Source of the DNA: Deinococcaceae bacterium | Lineage (GTDB): Bacteria > Deinococcota > Deinococci > Deinococcales > Trueperaceae | Length of the DNA: 31,244 nucleotides | Assembly (NCBI GenBank): GCA_040256005.1 | Contig: JBDZWC010000020.1 | Span: forward strand, 1 to 31,244 | Direction of reading: 5' to 3' | Part shown: piece by piece, positions 20,765-31,244 of the stretch | Position numbering within the stretch: the first letter of the stretch is position 1 | Layout: every line of letters begins with the position of its first letter | Made by a program: the position numbers and the translations under genes | Notes under the pieces: generated by a model | The model's input: the letters and a program-made list of their open reading frames with translations, nothing else | The model's database searches: none | What the model was told of the DNA's origin: nothing

Positions 20765-22227
20765 GCTTCCCACCGGTGCTGGACGTGGAGTGGAGTCATC
20801 TCGCCCCCGCGCTGGCCCTGCTCGTCACGGCGATCGCCAGCCTGCTGGTGGCGCTGTTCCAACGCGACTCGAAGCTCACTGCCGCGGTGGCCCTGCTTGG
20901 GGTCGGCACCGCCTTCACGTTCAACCTGTCGACGTTCCTGGCTGGCGGCGCCGGCGAGGCCAGCTTCGGGCTGCGCTACCTCGCCGACACCCCCTCCCTG
21001 GCGTTCAACTTCGTGATCCTGGTGGGAACCGTGTTGGCGATCCTGGTCAGCTACGACCAGCTCACCCGGCTAGAGATGGACCACCCGGAGTACTACCCGC
21101 TCATGTTGCTGTCGGCGCTCGGCGCCATGGTCATGGCCGCCGCCGGCGACCTGATCACGCTGCTGCTGGGCCTCGAGATCCTCTCGTTACCCGTCTACGT
21201 GCTCTCGGCCTGGCGGTCCGGCGCGAGGCAGTCGGAGGAAGCTGGCATGAAGTACTTCCTCCTGGGCGCGTTCGGTTCGGCGATCCTGGTCTACGGTTCG
21301 GCCCTGCTCTACGGAGCTGCCGGCACCTTCGTGTACGAGGGCGTCGTGGCAGCGTTGAGCCAAGGGTCCGTGCTGTCGCTCGCCACGCTGGGCGCCGGGC
21401 TGGTCATCGCCGGCCTGTCGTTCAAGGCGGCGCTGGCGCCGTTCCACCAGTGGTCGCCCGACGTCTACACGGGCGCGCCTACGACGGTGACGACGTTCAT
21501 GAGCGTCGTCGTGAAGGCCGGCGCCTTCGCCGCTCTGATCCGGCTCACCGCCACGGTGCTGCCCGAGGTCGCCCCCTGGCTCACCACGGCACTGGCGGTG
21601 TCCGTCGCGCTGACCCTGGTGGTTGGCAACCTCGCCGCGCTGGTGCAGCGCGGCGTCAAGCGCATGTTGGCCTACTCCGCCGTCGCGCACGCCGGCTACC
21701 TGGGCCTGGCCGTCTTGGCGCCCGCGTTCGGTGGCGTGGAAGCCGCCGTGTGGTACCTGACGGCGTACACGCTCATGAACGCCGGGGCCTTCGCAGTGCT
21801 CACCCTGATGGTCGACAAGAACGACCACGGCGACGACATCGAGAGGTTCGCCGGCCTGGGGCACACCCGGCCCGGCTTGGCGGCCGCCCTCACGGTCTTC
21901 CTCCTCAGCCTCGGTGGTATCCCGCCGCTCGCTGGCTTCGCGGGCAAGGTCATGGTGTTCGAGGCCGCGATCGCGGGTGGCTTCGTATGGCTGGCCGTCA
22001 TCGGCATACTCACCAGCGTCGTGGCTCTCGTCTACTACTTCCGCGTCGTGGCCGCCATGTACTTCAGGCGGCCGGAGTACGAGGGCCCGACGTTCAGGTC
22101 CTCGGCGACCGCGATCGCCGTGGCGGCCGCGCTGGTGGGCACGGTGCTCCTCGGCATACTGCCCGGCTGGTGGCACGACGCCATCAGGGGTGCGGCGCAG
22201 GCGGCCCAGACGGCGTTGGGCTTCTAG
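20761..22227 (+). CDS. nuoN: NADH-quinone oxidoreductase subunit N
   Basis: PEYYPL, LEILSLPVYVL, EAGMKYFLLG, FKAALAPFHQWSPDVYTGAPT, KRMLAYSAVAHAGY, SLGGIPPLAGFAGK. Confidence 0.97.
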   Translation: MSFPPVLDVEWSHLAPALALLVTAIASLLVALFQRDSKLTAAVALLGVGTAFTFNLSTFLAGGAGEASFGLRYLADTPSLAFNFVILVGTVLAILVSYDQLTRLEMDHPEYYPLMLLSALGAMVMAAAGDLITLLLGLEILSLPVYVLSAWRSGARQSEEAGMKYFLLGAFGSAILVYGSALLYGAAGTFVYEGVVAALSQGSVLSLATLGAGLVIAGLSFKAALAPFHQWSPDVYTGAPTTVTTFMSVVVKAGAFAALIRLTATVLPEVAPWLTTALAVSVALTLVVGNLAALVQRGVKRMLAYSAVAHAGYLGLAVLAPAFGGVEAAVWYLTAYTLMNAGAFAVLTLMVDKNDHGDDIERFAGLGHTRPGLAAALTVFLLSLGGIPPLAGFAGKVMVFEAAIAGGFVWLAVIGILTSVVALVYYFRVVAAMYFRRPEYEGPTFRSSATAIAVAAALVGTVLLGILPGWWHDAIRGAAQAAQTALGF

Positions 22228-22471
22228 CAGGGCAGGAGGGTCGTTCCGCGAGTTCGGGTTCGGGGACGCTCCGGTCGCGCGCGGTCCCCGCGCCCTGGCC
22301 CCAGTCGCAGAAGACCGTGTCCTGTGCGCGCCCGCCGTAAGAGCGCGGTCAGACGGCTGGCGCTACGCTCGGTCACCGGGCGGGCCCGTCCGGCCGCAGC
22401 CCACACAGACGGCAGAGGATAGGAAGTACTTACCTGTGGTGCGAACGGCAATCGACTATCATTCCCGCGCC

Positions 22472-23518
22472 GTGGACCTGAGCCACATGAAGATCTTGCT
22501 GGTGGACGACGACGAAGCGTCGCTCGTGCTGGTCCGTGGCATCCTCGAACGCGCTGGATACGAAGACGTGCACATCTGCGACGAACCACTCAGGGTGGTG
22601 GAGCGGTTCATCGAGCTGAGGCCCGACCTGGTGGTGCTCGACCAGCACATGCCGAAGCGTGACGGCCTGCAGGTCCTGGGGGACCTCAGGCCCGTGATGC
22701 CGGAGGCGTTCCCAGTGCTCATGGTCACGGGTGACGCCAGACCGGAGCTGCGCGAGGCCGCGCTGGCCAGCGGCGCGAAGGACTTCCTGAACAAGCCGGT
22801 GAACCCCACCGAGACCCGGCTGCGCATCCGCAACCTGCTGGAAGCGCGGTTCTACCAGAAGCAGCTCGAGGAGCAGAACGACCGCCTCGAGGAGGCCGTG
22901 CGCCGCCGGACCCAGGACCTCGAGCACTCTCAGCTCGAGATGCTCGTGCGGCTGGCCCGCGCCGCCGAGTACCGCGACGACGACACCGGCGAGCACACCT
23001 GGCGCGTGGCTCAGACGGCCGGGGCGATCGCCAGGCGCATGACGCTGGGGCCGGCGCGGGTAGAGATGATCATGCGCGCAGCCCGCCTCCACGACGTGGG
23101 CAAGATCACGATCCCCGACGCCATACTGCTCAAGCCTGGCGACCTCTCCGAGGAGGAGTTCCAGGTCGTGCGCGGCCACGCCAAGGCCGGGGCCGAACTG
23201 CTCTCCGGCTCGCGCTCGCCGACTATCCGGCTCGCCGAGGCCATCGCGCTCAACCACCACGAGCGCTGGGACGGCAAGGGCTACCCGAACGGGCTCAGCG
23301 GCGAGGCCATCCCTCTGGAGGCCCGCATCGTCGCCGTCGCGGACACGTTCGACGCGATCACACGAGACCGCGTGCACCGCAAGATGATGACGATCTCGGA
23401 GGCGATAGCCGAGGTGACCCGCAACGCCGGCACGCAGTTCGACCCCGCAGTCGTTGAGGCCTTCCTCAGGGCCGTCGACGCCGGCGAAGTGGTCTTCCAC
23501 CAGGTCGACGTGGCCTGA
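22472..23518 (+). CDS. Response regulator with HD-GYP domain (RpfG-like c-di-GMP phosphodiesterase)
   Basis: Receiver domain KILLVDDD...DLVVLDQHMP...MVTG...DFLNKP; coiled-coil linker; EYRDDDTGEH, LHDVGKI, HHERWDGKGYP.GL.GE.IP, VADTFDA. Start is GTG 22472 or ATG 22487. Confidence 0.93.
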   Translation: MDLSHMKILLVDDDEASLVLVRGILERAGYEDVHICDEPLRVVERFIELRPDLVVLDQHMPKRDGLQVLGDLRPVMPEAFPVLMVTGDARPELREAALASGAKDFLNKPVNPTETRLRIRNLLEARFYQKQLEEQNDRLEEAVRRRTQDLEHSQLEMLVRLARAAEYRDDDTGEHTWRVAQTAGAIARRMTLGPARVEMIMRAARLHDVGKITIPDAILLKPGDLSEEEFQVVRGHAKAGAELLSGSRSPTIRLAEAIALNHHERWDGKGYPNGLSGEAIPLEARIVAVADTFDAITRDRVHRKMMTISEAIAEVTRNAGTQFDPAVVEAFLRAVDAGEVVFHQVDVA

Positions 23519-23529
23519 GAGCTCCACCT

Positions 23530-23547
23530 GGCCCGCCGGCCTTGTTT
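23530..23547 (+). terminator. Possible weak intrinsic terminator after the HD-GYP gene
   Basis: GGCC-CGCC-GGCC followed by TTGTTT. The stem is only 4 bp. Confidence 0.3.
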
Positions 23548-23558
23548 AGAGTGCGGCC

Positions 23559-24032
23559 GTGGCCGACCCAACCTTCACCTACCTCTCGCTGCTCGGGGAG
23601 CTCGACCCCATCGACGTGCTGCGGGCGACCCCCAGCCGGCTGAAGGAGTACGCCGAGGCCGCCAGCCCTCTCGACCTCGAGACCCCGTACGCGCCAGGCA
23701 AGTGGACACCGAGTGAGGTGCTGGCTCACCTGGCCGACGTCGAGATCGTCATGGGCTTCAGGTTGCGCCAGTTGGCCGCGGTGCCCGGGGTAGAGCTTCA
23801 ACCCTTCGATCAGGACGCCTGGGCACCGCGCTACAAGCGTATGGACCCATCGTTGGCCGTAGAGGCCTTCGCCGCGTTGCGGGCCTGGAACCTCGCGCTC
23901 CTGGCCGGCTTCTCCCTGGAGGACTGGCTGGCCGAGGCCTACCACCCCGAACGCGGTTTCGAGAGCGCCGACCTGATGGTGCGCATGATGGCGGGGCACG
24001 ACATCAACCACCTATCGCAGCTGGGCCTCTGA
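23559..24032 (+). CDS. DinB family protein (DinB_2/YfiT-like)
   Basis: [47 protein letters not shown]. Confidence 0.85.
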   Translation: MADPTFTYLSLLGELDPIDVLRATPSRLKEYAEAASPLDLETPYAPGKWTPSEVLAHLADVEIVMGFRLRQLAAVPGVELQPFDQDAWAPRYKRMDPSLAVEAFAALRAWNLALLAGFSLEDWLAEAYHPERGFESADLMVRMMAGHDINHLSQLGL

Positions 24033-24075
24033 CGGTCCACGGGACGGCCTCGACCGCGTGGTACAGTCCGCCGTC

Positions 24076-24495
24076 ATGGCAGTCGAACAGACCTTCGCGA
24101 TGGTGAAGCCCGACGGCGTGCGTCGGGGCCTCACCGGTACAGTCGTCGCCCGTCTCGAAGCCAAGGGCTTCCAGCTCAAGGGCCTCAAGCTGATGCGCAT
24201 CAGCCGCGAGCTCGCCCAGCGTCACTACGGCGAGCACGAGGGCAAGCCTTTCTTCGAGGGCCTCGTCTCCTTCATCACCTCCGGCCCGGTCGTCGCCATG
24301 GTGGTGGAGGGCGAGAACGCGATCGCCGAGTGGCGCAAGATGATGGGCGCCACCAACCCCAAGGACGCCGCGCCAGGCACGATCCGTGGCGACTTCGCCA
24401 CCACCATCGACGAGAACGTGGTGCACGGGTCCGACGCACCGGCCACCGCCGAGCGCGAGATCGGCATCTTCTTCGACCCAGCCGAGCTGGTCTGA
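24076..24495 (+). CDS. ndk: Nucleoside diphosphate kinase
   Basis: [59 protein letters not shown] 24076. Confidence 0.98.
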   Translation: MAVEQTFAMVKPDGVRRGLTGTVVARLEAKGFQLKGLKLMRISRELAQRHYGEHEGKPFFEGLVSFITSGPVVAMVVEGENAIAEWRKMMGATNPKDAAPGTIRGDFATTIDENVVHGSDAPATAEREIGIFFDPAELV

Positions 24496-24505
24496 GGCGG
24501 TACGC

Positions 24506-25669
24506 ATGCCGGGGCTCTCCCAAGCGATAAAGGGTCTCAAGGGCTCCTCGACCGTGGCGTTCGACAGCCGGGCGAAGGAGCTCAAGCGTAGGGGCGTCGA
24601 CGTCATCGCGATGACCGCGGGTGAGCCCGACTTCCAGCCGCCGGAGCACGTGCTGCAGGCGGCGCGAGACGCCATCGCTCTGGGCAAGACGAAGTACACG
24701 CCGTCCGAAGGTACCGTCGAGCTGCGCGAGGCGATCGTCGCCAAGTTCCAGCGCGAGAACGGACTGAGCTACGGCCTCGACCAGGTCATGGTCAGCACCG
24801 GCGGCAAGCAGGTCGTCTACAACGGGTTCATGTCGGTGCTCGATCCCGGTGACGAGGTCGTGATCATCGCCCCGTACTGGGTATCCTACCCGGCCCAGGC
24901 CAGGCTCGCCGGCGGTGTGCCGGTCGTCGTTCACACCTCGGCGGAGCAGGGGTTCGTGCCCGACCTGGGCGCCATCGAAGCCGCCCTGAGCCCCCGCACC
25001 AAGGTCATCGTGCTCAACTCCCCCTCCAACCCCACGGGCGCGGTCTACCCGCCGGAGCTCGTCGCGGGCATCGCCGGGCTCGCGGCGAGCCGCGACGTAT
25101 GGCTCTTCGCCGACGACCTGTACGAGCACCTGGTGTACGACGGCGAGTTCACGCCCGCCGCACGCTTCGCCCCCGACAACACGCTCGTGATCCACGGCGC
25201 CAGCAAGGGCTACGCGCTCACCGGCTGGCGGATCGGGTTCGGCGCCGGGCCCGGCGAACTGATCACGGCCATGAACCGCCTCCAGGGCCAGTCCACCAGC
25301 GGGGCGAACGCCGTCGCCCAGCACGCCACGGTGGCCGCCCTGAACGAGGTCGAGAAGACGGCGGAGTTCCAGCGCATGACGAGGGCCGCCTACCGTGAGA
25401 GGCGCGACGTGCTCGTCGCGGGGCTCAACGCTCTCGGGCTAAGGACGCCCATGCCGCAGGGCGCCTTCTACGCGATGGCGGACGTCACCACCATCGACGC
25501 GGACGAGGGCAGGGCCGCCGTGAGGCTCCTCGAGGAGGCCCGTGTGGCGGCGGTCCCCGGCACGGACTTCGAGGCTCCTGGTCAGGTGCGCTTCAGCTAC
25601 GCGACGAGCCTCGAGAACGTGCGCCAGGCGCTCGAGCGCATCGCGCAGATGCTGGGCGTAACGGCCTAG
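24506..25669 (+). CDS. aspC: Aspartate aminotransferase, class I-beta (possibly bifunctional with prephenate)
   Basis: AGEPDF, TKYTP..G..ELREAI..KF.RENGL, GGKQ, PYWVSYP, NSPSNPTG, DDLYEHL, SKGYALTGWRIG (PLP Lys), RFSYA. ATG 24506. Confidence 0.9.
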   Translation: MPGLSQAIKGLKGSSTVAFDSRAKELKRRGVDVIAMTAGEPDFQPPEHVLQAARDAIALGKTKYTPSEGTVELREAIVAKFQRENGLSYGLDQVMVSTGGKQVVYNGFMSVLDPGDEVVIIAPYWVSYPAQARLAGGVPVVVHTSAEQGFVPDLGAIEAALSPRTKVIVLNSPSNPTGAVYPPELVAGIAGLAASRDVWLFADDLYEHLVYDGEFTPAARFAPDNTLVIHGASKGYALTGWRIGFGAGPGELITAMNRLQGQSTSGANAVAQHATVAALNEVEKTAEFQRMTRAAYRERRDVLVAGLNALGLRTPMPQGAFYAMADVTTIDADEGRAAVRLLEEARVAAVPGTDFEAPGQVRFSYATSLENVRQALERIAQMLGVTA

Positions 25670-25738
25670 CCACCTTGTAGCCGTAAGCCATCCTCGGCCG
25701 GTCGACCCGTGTCGCCCGGCCATAGACTTGAGTTCGCA

Positions 25739-27142
25739 GTGAACTCTCCAGATTCCCGCTTCAAGACGATCATCGAGCCGTTCCGCATCAAGGCGGTGGA
25801 GCCCATCCGCTTCACCACCCGGGGCGAGCGCGAGCGCGCGCTAGAGGACGCCGGCTACAACCTCTTCGCCCTCCACTCCGACGACGTCCTCATTGACCTG
25901 CTCACGGACTCCGGCACTGGCGCGATGTCCAGCGCGCAGTGGGCCGGCATGATGCGCGGCGACGAGAGCTACGCCGGCAGCCCGTCCTTCTACCGCTTCG
26001 AGAGCGCGGTCAAGGGCATCACCGGCTTCGAGCACGTCCTGCCGACGCACCAGGGGAGAGCGGCGGAACGCATCCTGTGCAGCGTCGCCTTGAAGCCCGG
26101 CGACATCGTGCCGAACAACACGCACTTCGACACGACCCGCGCCAACGTGGAGGCGGTCGGCGCCACGGCGTTGGACCTGCCGGTCCCCGAGGCCAGGGAT
26201 ACCGGCTCGCTGGCGCCGTTCAAGGGGAACATGGACGTGGAGGCCCTGCGGCGTTTGCTGGCCGAACGGCGCGAGAGCGTGCCCCTGGTGATGCTCACGG
26301 TCACGAACAACTCGGGTGGCGGCCAGCCGGTGAGCATGGCGAACGTGCGCGCGGTCAGCGCCGTGTGCCGCGAGCACGGCGTGCCCCTGTTCATCGACTG
26401 CTGCCGCTACGCCGAGAACGCCTACCTGGTGAAGACGCGCGAGCCGGGCTACGCGGACAAGAGCCCGCGCGAGATCGCGACCGAGATGTTCTCCTACGCC
26501 GACGGGGCGACGATGAGCGCCAAGAAGGACGGGATGGGCAACATCGGCGGTTTCTTGGCCCTCAACGACGACGCGCTGGCGCAGGCCGCACGCAACCAGC
26601 TGATCCTCACGGAGGGCTTCCCGACCTACGGGGGGCTGGCCGGCTACGACCTCGAGGCGCTGGCGGTGGGCTTCGAGGAGGCGCTCCACGAGGACTACCT
26701 GCGTTACCGCATCCGCTCGGTCGAGTACCTGGGTGAGCGGCTGCTGGCCGCCGACGTGCCCATCGTCCGGCCCACCGGCGGGCACGCCGTCTACATCGAC
26801 GCCAAGGCGCTCCTGCCGGCCGTACCGCAGACCGAGTATCCCGCCTGGGCCCTCTCCTGCGTGCTGTACCTCGAGGGCGGCGTGCGGTCGGTGGAGATCG
26901 GCTCCGTGATGTTCGGGCGGCAGCCGGACGGCACCGAGAAGCCGGCGCCCCTCGAACTGGTGCGCCTGGCCTTCCCACGCCGTACCTACACGCAGAGCCA
27001 CGTGGACTACCTAGCCGAGGTCATCGCCTACGTGGGCAGCATCCGCGAGCGGGTGCGCGGGGTACGGATCGTGTCGGCGCCACCGGTGCTGCGCCACTTC
27101 ACGGCGCGGTTCGAGCCCGCCCACGGTTCTCTCCTGACTTGA
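25739..27142 (+). CDS. tnaA: Tryptophanase (tryptophan indole-lyase), beta-eliminating lyase family
   Basis: EPFRIKAVEPI, IDLLTDSGT, GDESYAG, THQGRAAE, MSAKKD (PLP Lys), EGFPTYGGLAG, GGHAVY.DA. Specificity positions favour tryptophanase over tyrosine phenol-lyase: HFDTT (TPL FTTT), VEIG (TPL MERG), LRHF (TPL LRFF). GTG 25739 preferred as start. Confidence 0.85.
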   Translation: MNSPDSRFKTIIEPFRIKAVEPIRFTTRGERERALEDAGYNLFALHSDDVLIDLLTDSGTGAMSSAQWAGMMRGDESYAGSPSFYRFESAVKGITGFEHVLPTHQGRAAERILCSVALKPGDIVPNNTHFDTTRANVEAVGATALDLPVPEARDTGSLAPFKGNMDVEALRRLLAERRESVPLVMLTVTNNSGGGQPVSMANVRAVSAVCREHGVPLFIDCCRYAENAYLVKTREPGYADKSPREIATEMFSYADGATMSAKKDGMGNIGGFLALNDDALAQAARNQLILTEGFPTYGGLAGYDLEALAVGFEEALHEDYLRYRIRSVEYLGERLLAADVPIVRPTGGHAVYIDAKALLPAVPQTEYPAWALSCVLYLEGGVRSVEIGSVMFGRQPDGTEKPAPLELVRLAFPRRTYTQSHVDYLAEVIAYVGSIRERVRGVRIVSAPPVLRHFTARFEPAHGSLLT

Positions 27143-27220
27143 ACCCGCCCACCGGCCTTCGGGCCCTGTCGGCGTGACGGCCCGTCCGCCTCCCGGCATG
27201 GCGCGCGGTACCCTTCGCGG

Positions 27221-27994
27221 ATGCGTCTCAGCGTCGAGCTCGTGCCGAGGGACGAAGCGTCCCTGGCCGCCCAGCTTGACGAGGTGGCGTGCCTCGCGCG
27301 CGTCGATACGATCAACGTCCCGGACCTGAGCCAGTTCTCCTTGGGGGGCTGGCGCGCTGCGGCGCGGGTGCGGGGCGCGGGCTCATGGCGGGCGGTGCCG
27401 CACGTGCGGGCGACCGAGCTCGTGGGCAGCGAGGCAGCCGTGAGGGAGGTGGTCGGCGGCCTGGACGCGGCGGGGCTCGGCGAGGTCCTCGTCGTCTCCG
27501 GCGACCAGGGTCCGGCGCCGCCTTCCGGTGCGTGGGTGTTGACCGACCGCGCCAGGGCCGGCGCCACGCCTGCGCTGGAGGCCATCAGGTCGCTCAAGGC
27601 GGCCGACCCGAGCCTCACGGTGTACGCGGCGCTGGACCCCTACCGGTCCGGCTTCGCCGACGAGCTGTCCTACGCCGAGGCGAAGCTGGAGGCGGGGGCG
27701 GACGGCCTGTTCACGCAGCCGTTCTTCGACCTCAGGCTGCTCGACGTCTGGCGGGAGCTCACGGCCGGCGTCGAGGTGTTCTGGGGCGTGACGAGCGTCA
27801 CCTCGCCGCGCTCGCAGCGCTACTGGCTGTCCCGCAACCGGGCTGTGTTCCCGTCGACCTTCGAGCCTACCCTCGCCTGGCACAAGCAGCTCGCGGCGCG
27901 CGTGCTGGACGACGTCGCGGCGCGCGGCGGCAACCTGTACTTCATGCCCATCAGGGTGGGGATCGTCGACTGGCTGGGTGACGTGCTGGGCTAG
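27221..27994 (+). CDS. metF: Methylenetetrahydrofolate reductase, short form
   Basis: SVELVP (catalytic Glu), INVPD, PHVRA, VLVVSGD, K.EAGADGLFTQPFFD; adjacent to metH. Confidence 0.75.
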   Translation: MRLSVELVPRDEASLAAQLDEVACLARVDTINVPDLSQFSLGGWRAAARVRGAGSWRAVPHVRATELVGSEAAVREVVGGLDAAGLGEVLVVSGDQGPAPPSGAWVLTDRARAGATPALEAIRSLKAADPSLTVYAALDPYRSGFADELSYAEAKLEAGADGLFTQPFFDLRLLDVWRELTAGVEVFWGVTSVTSPRSQRYWLSRNRAVFPSTFEPTLAWHKQLAARVLDDVAARGGNLYFMPIRVGIVDWLGDVLG

Positions 27995-28000
27995 GCCGGT

Positions 28001-31243
<3,243 letters not shown>

Positions 31244-31244
31244 C

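Noticed and set aside
22228..22471. c-di-GMP riboswitch upstream of the HD-GYP gene
   Set aside because: The GGCAAA / GNRA tetraloop / GACGCAAA pattern of class I is absent, and the gene appears leaderless.
25739..27142. Tyrosine phenol-lyase (tpl) annotation
   Set aside because: Three specificity positions (FDTT, VEIG, LRHF) match tryptophanase rather than TPL.
27143..27220. SAM or other riboswitch upstream of metF (GGCC-TTCG-GGCC tetraloop hairpin at 27154-27165)
   Set aside because: The gap is only 78 nt, has no S-box core motifs, and the hairpin lies upstream of the predicted -10 box. It is more likely a tnaA 3' structure.

Overview
Very GC-rich bacterial DNA, most likely Deinococcota (Truepera/Deinococcus/Thermus-like). 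This assignment rests on Thermus-type signatures in the complex I subunits and on a -10 box sitting just upstream of most start codons. The window is mostly core genome. In order: the 3' part of a GH38 alpha-mannosidase, a YesL/DUF624-like membrane protein and a ThuA-like protein; tRNA-Glu(TTC); a DUF1028-like Ntn-hydrolase; an EcsA-like ABC ATPase with a 541-aa uncharacterised membrane partner; a DinB-family protein; tRNA-Lys(TTT); a complete 14-gene nuoA-N operon; a REC/HD-GYP response regulator; a second DinB protein; ndk; aspC; tryptophanase; a short MetF; and the 3' part of MetH. I see no mobile element, CRISPR array or defence system, and I cannot support a wholly new system here. The most notable observations are: (i) NuoG has lost all four N7 [4Fe-4S] cysteines; (ii) a Rex-type operator candidate lies just downstream of a strong nuo promoter; (iii) TANNNT boxes lie 5-10 nt upstream of eight starts, consistent with leaderless expression, including a tryptophanase with no tnaC leader; (iv) several intergenic palindromes and hairpins are unexplained.
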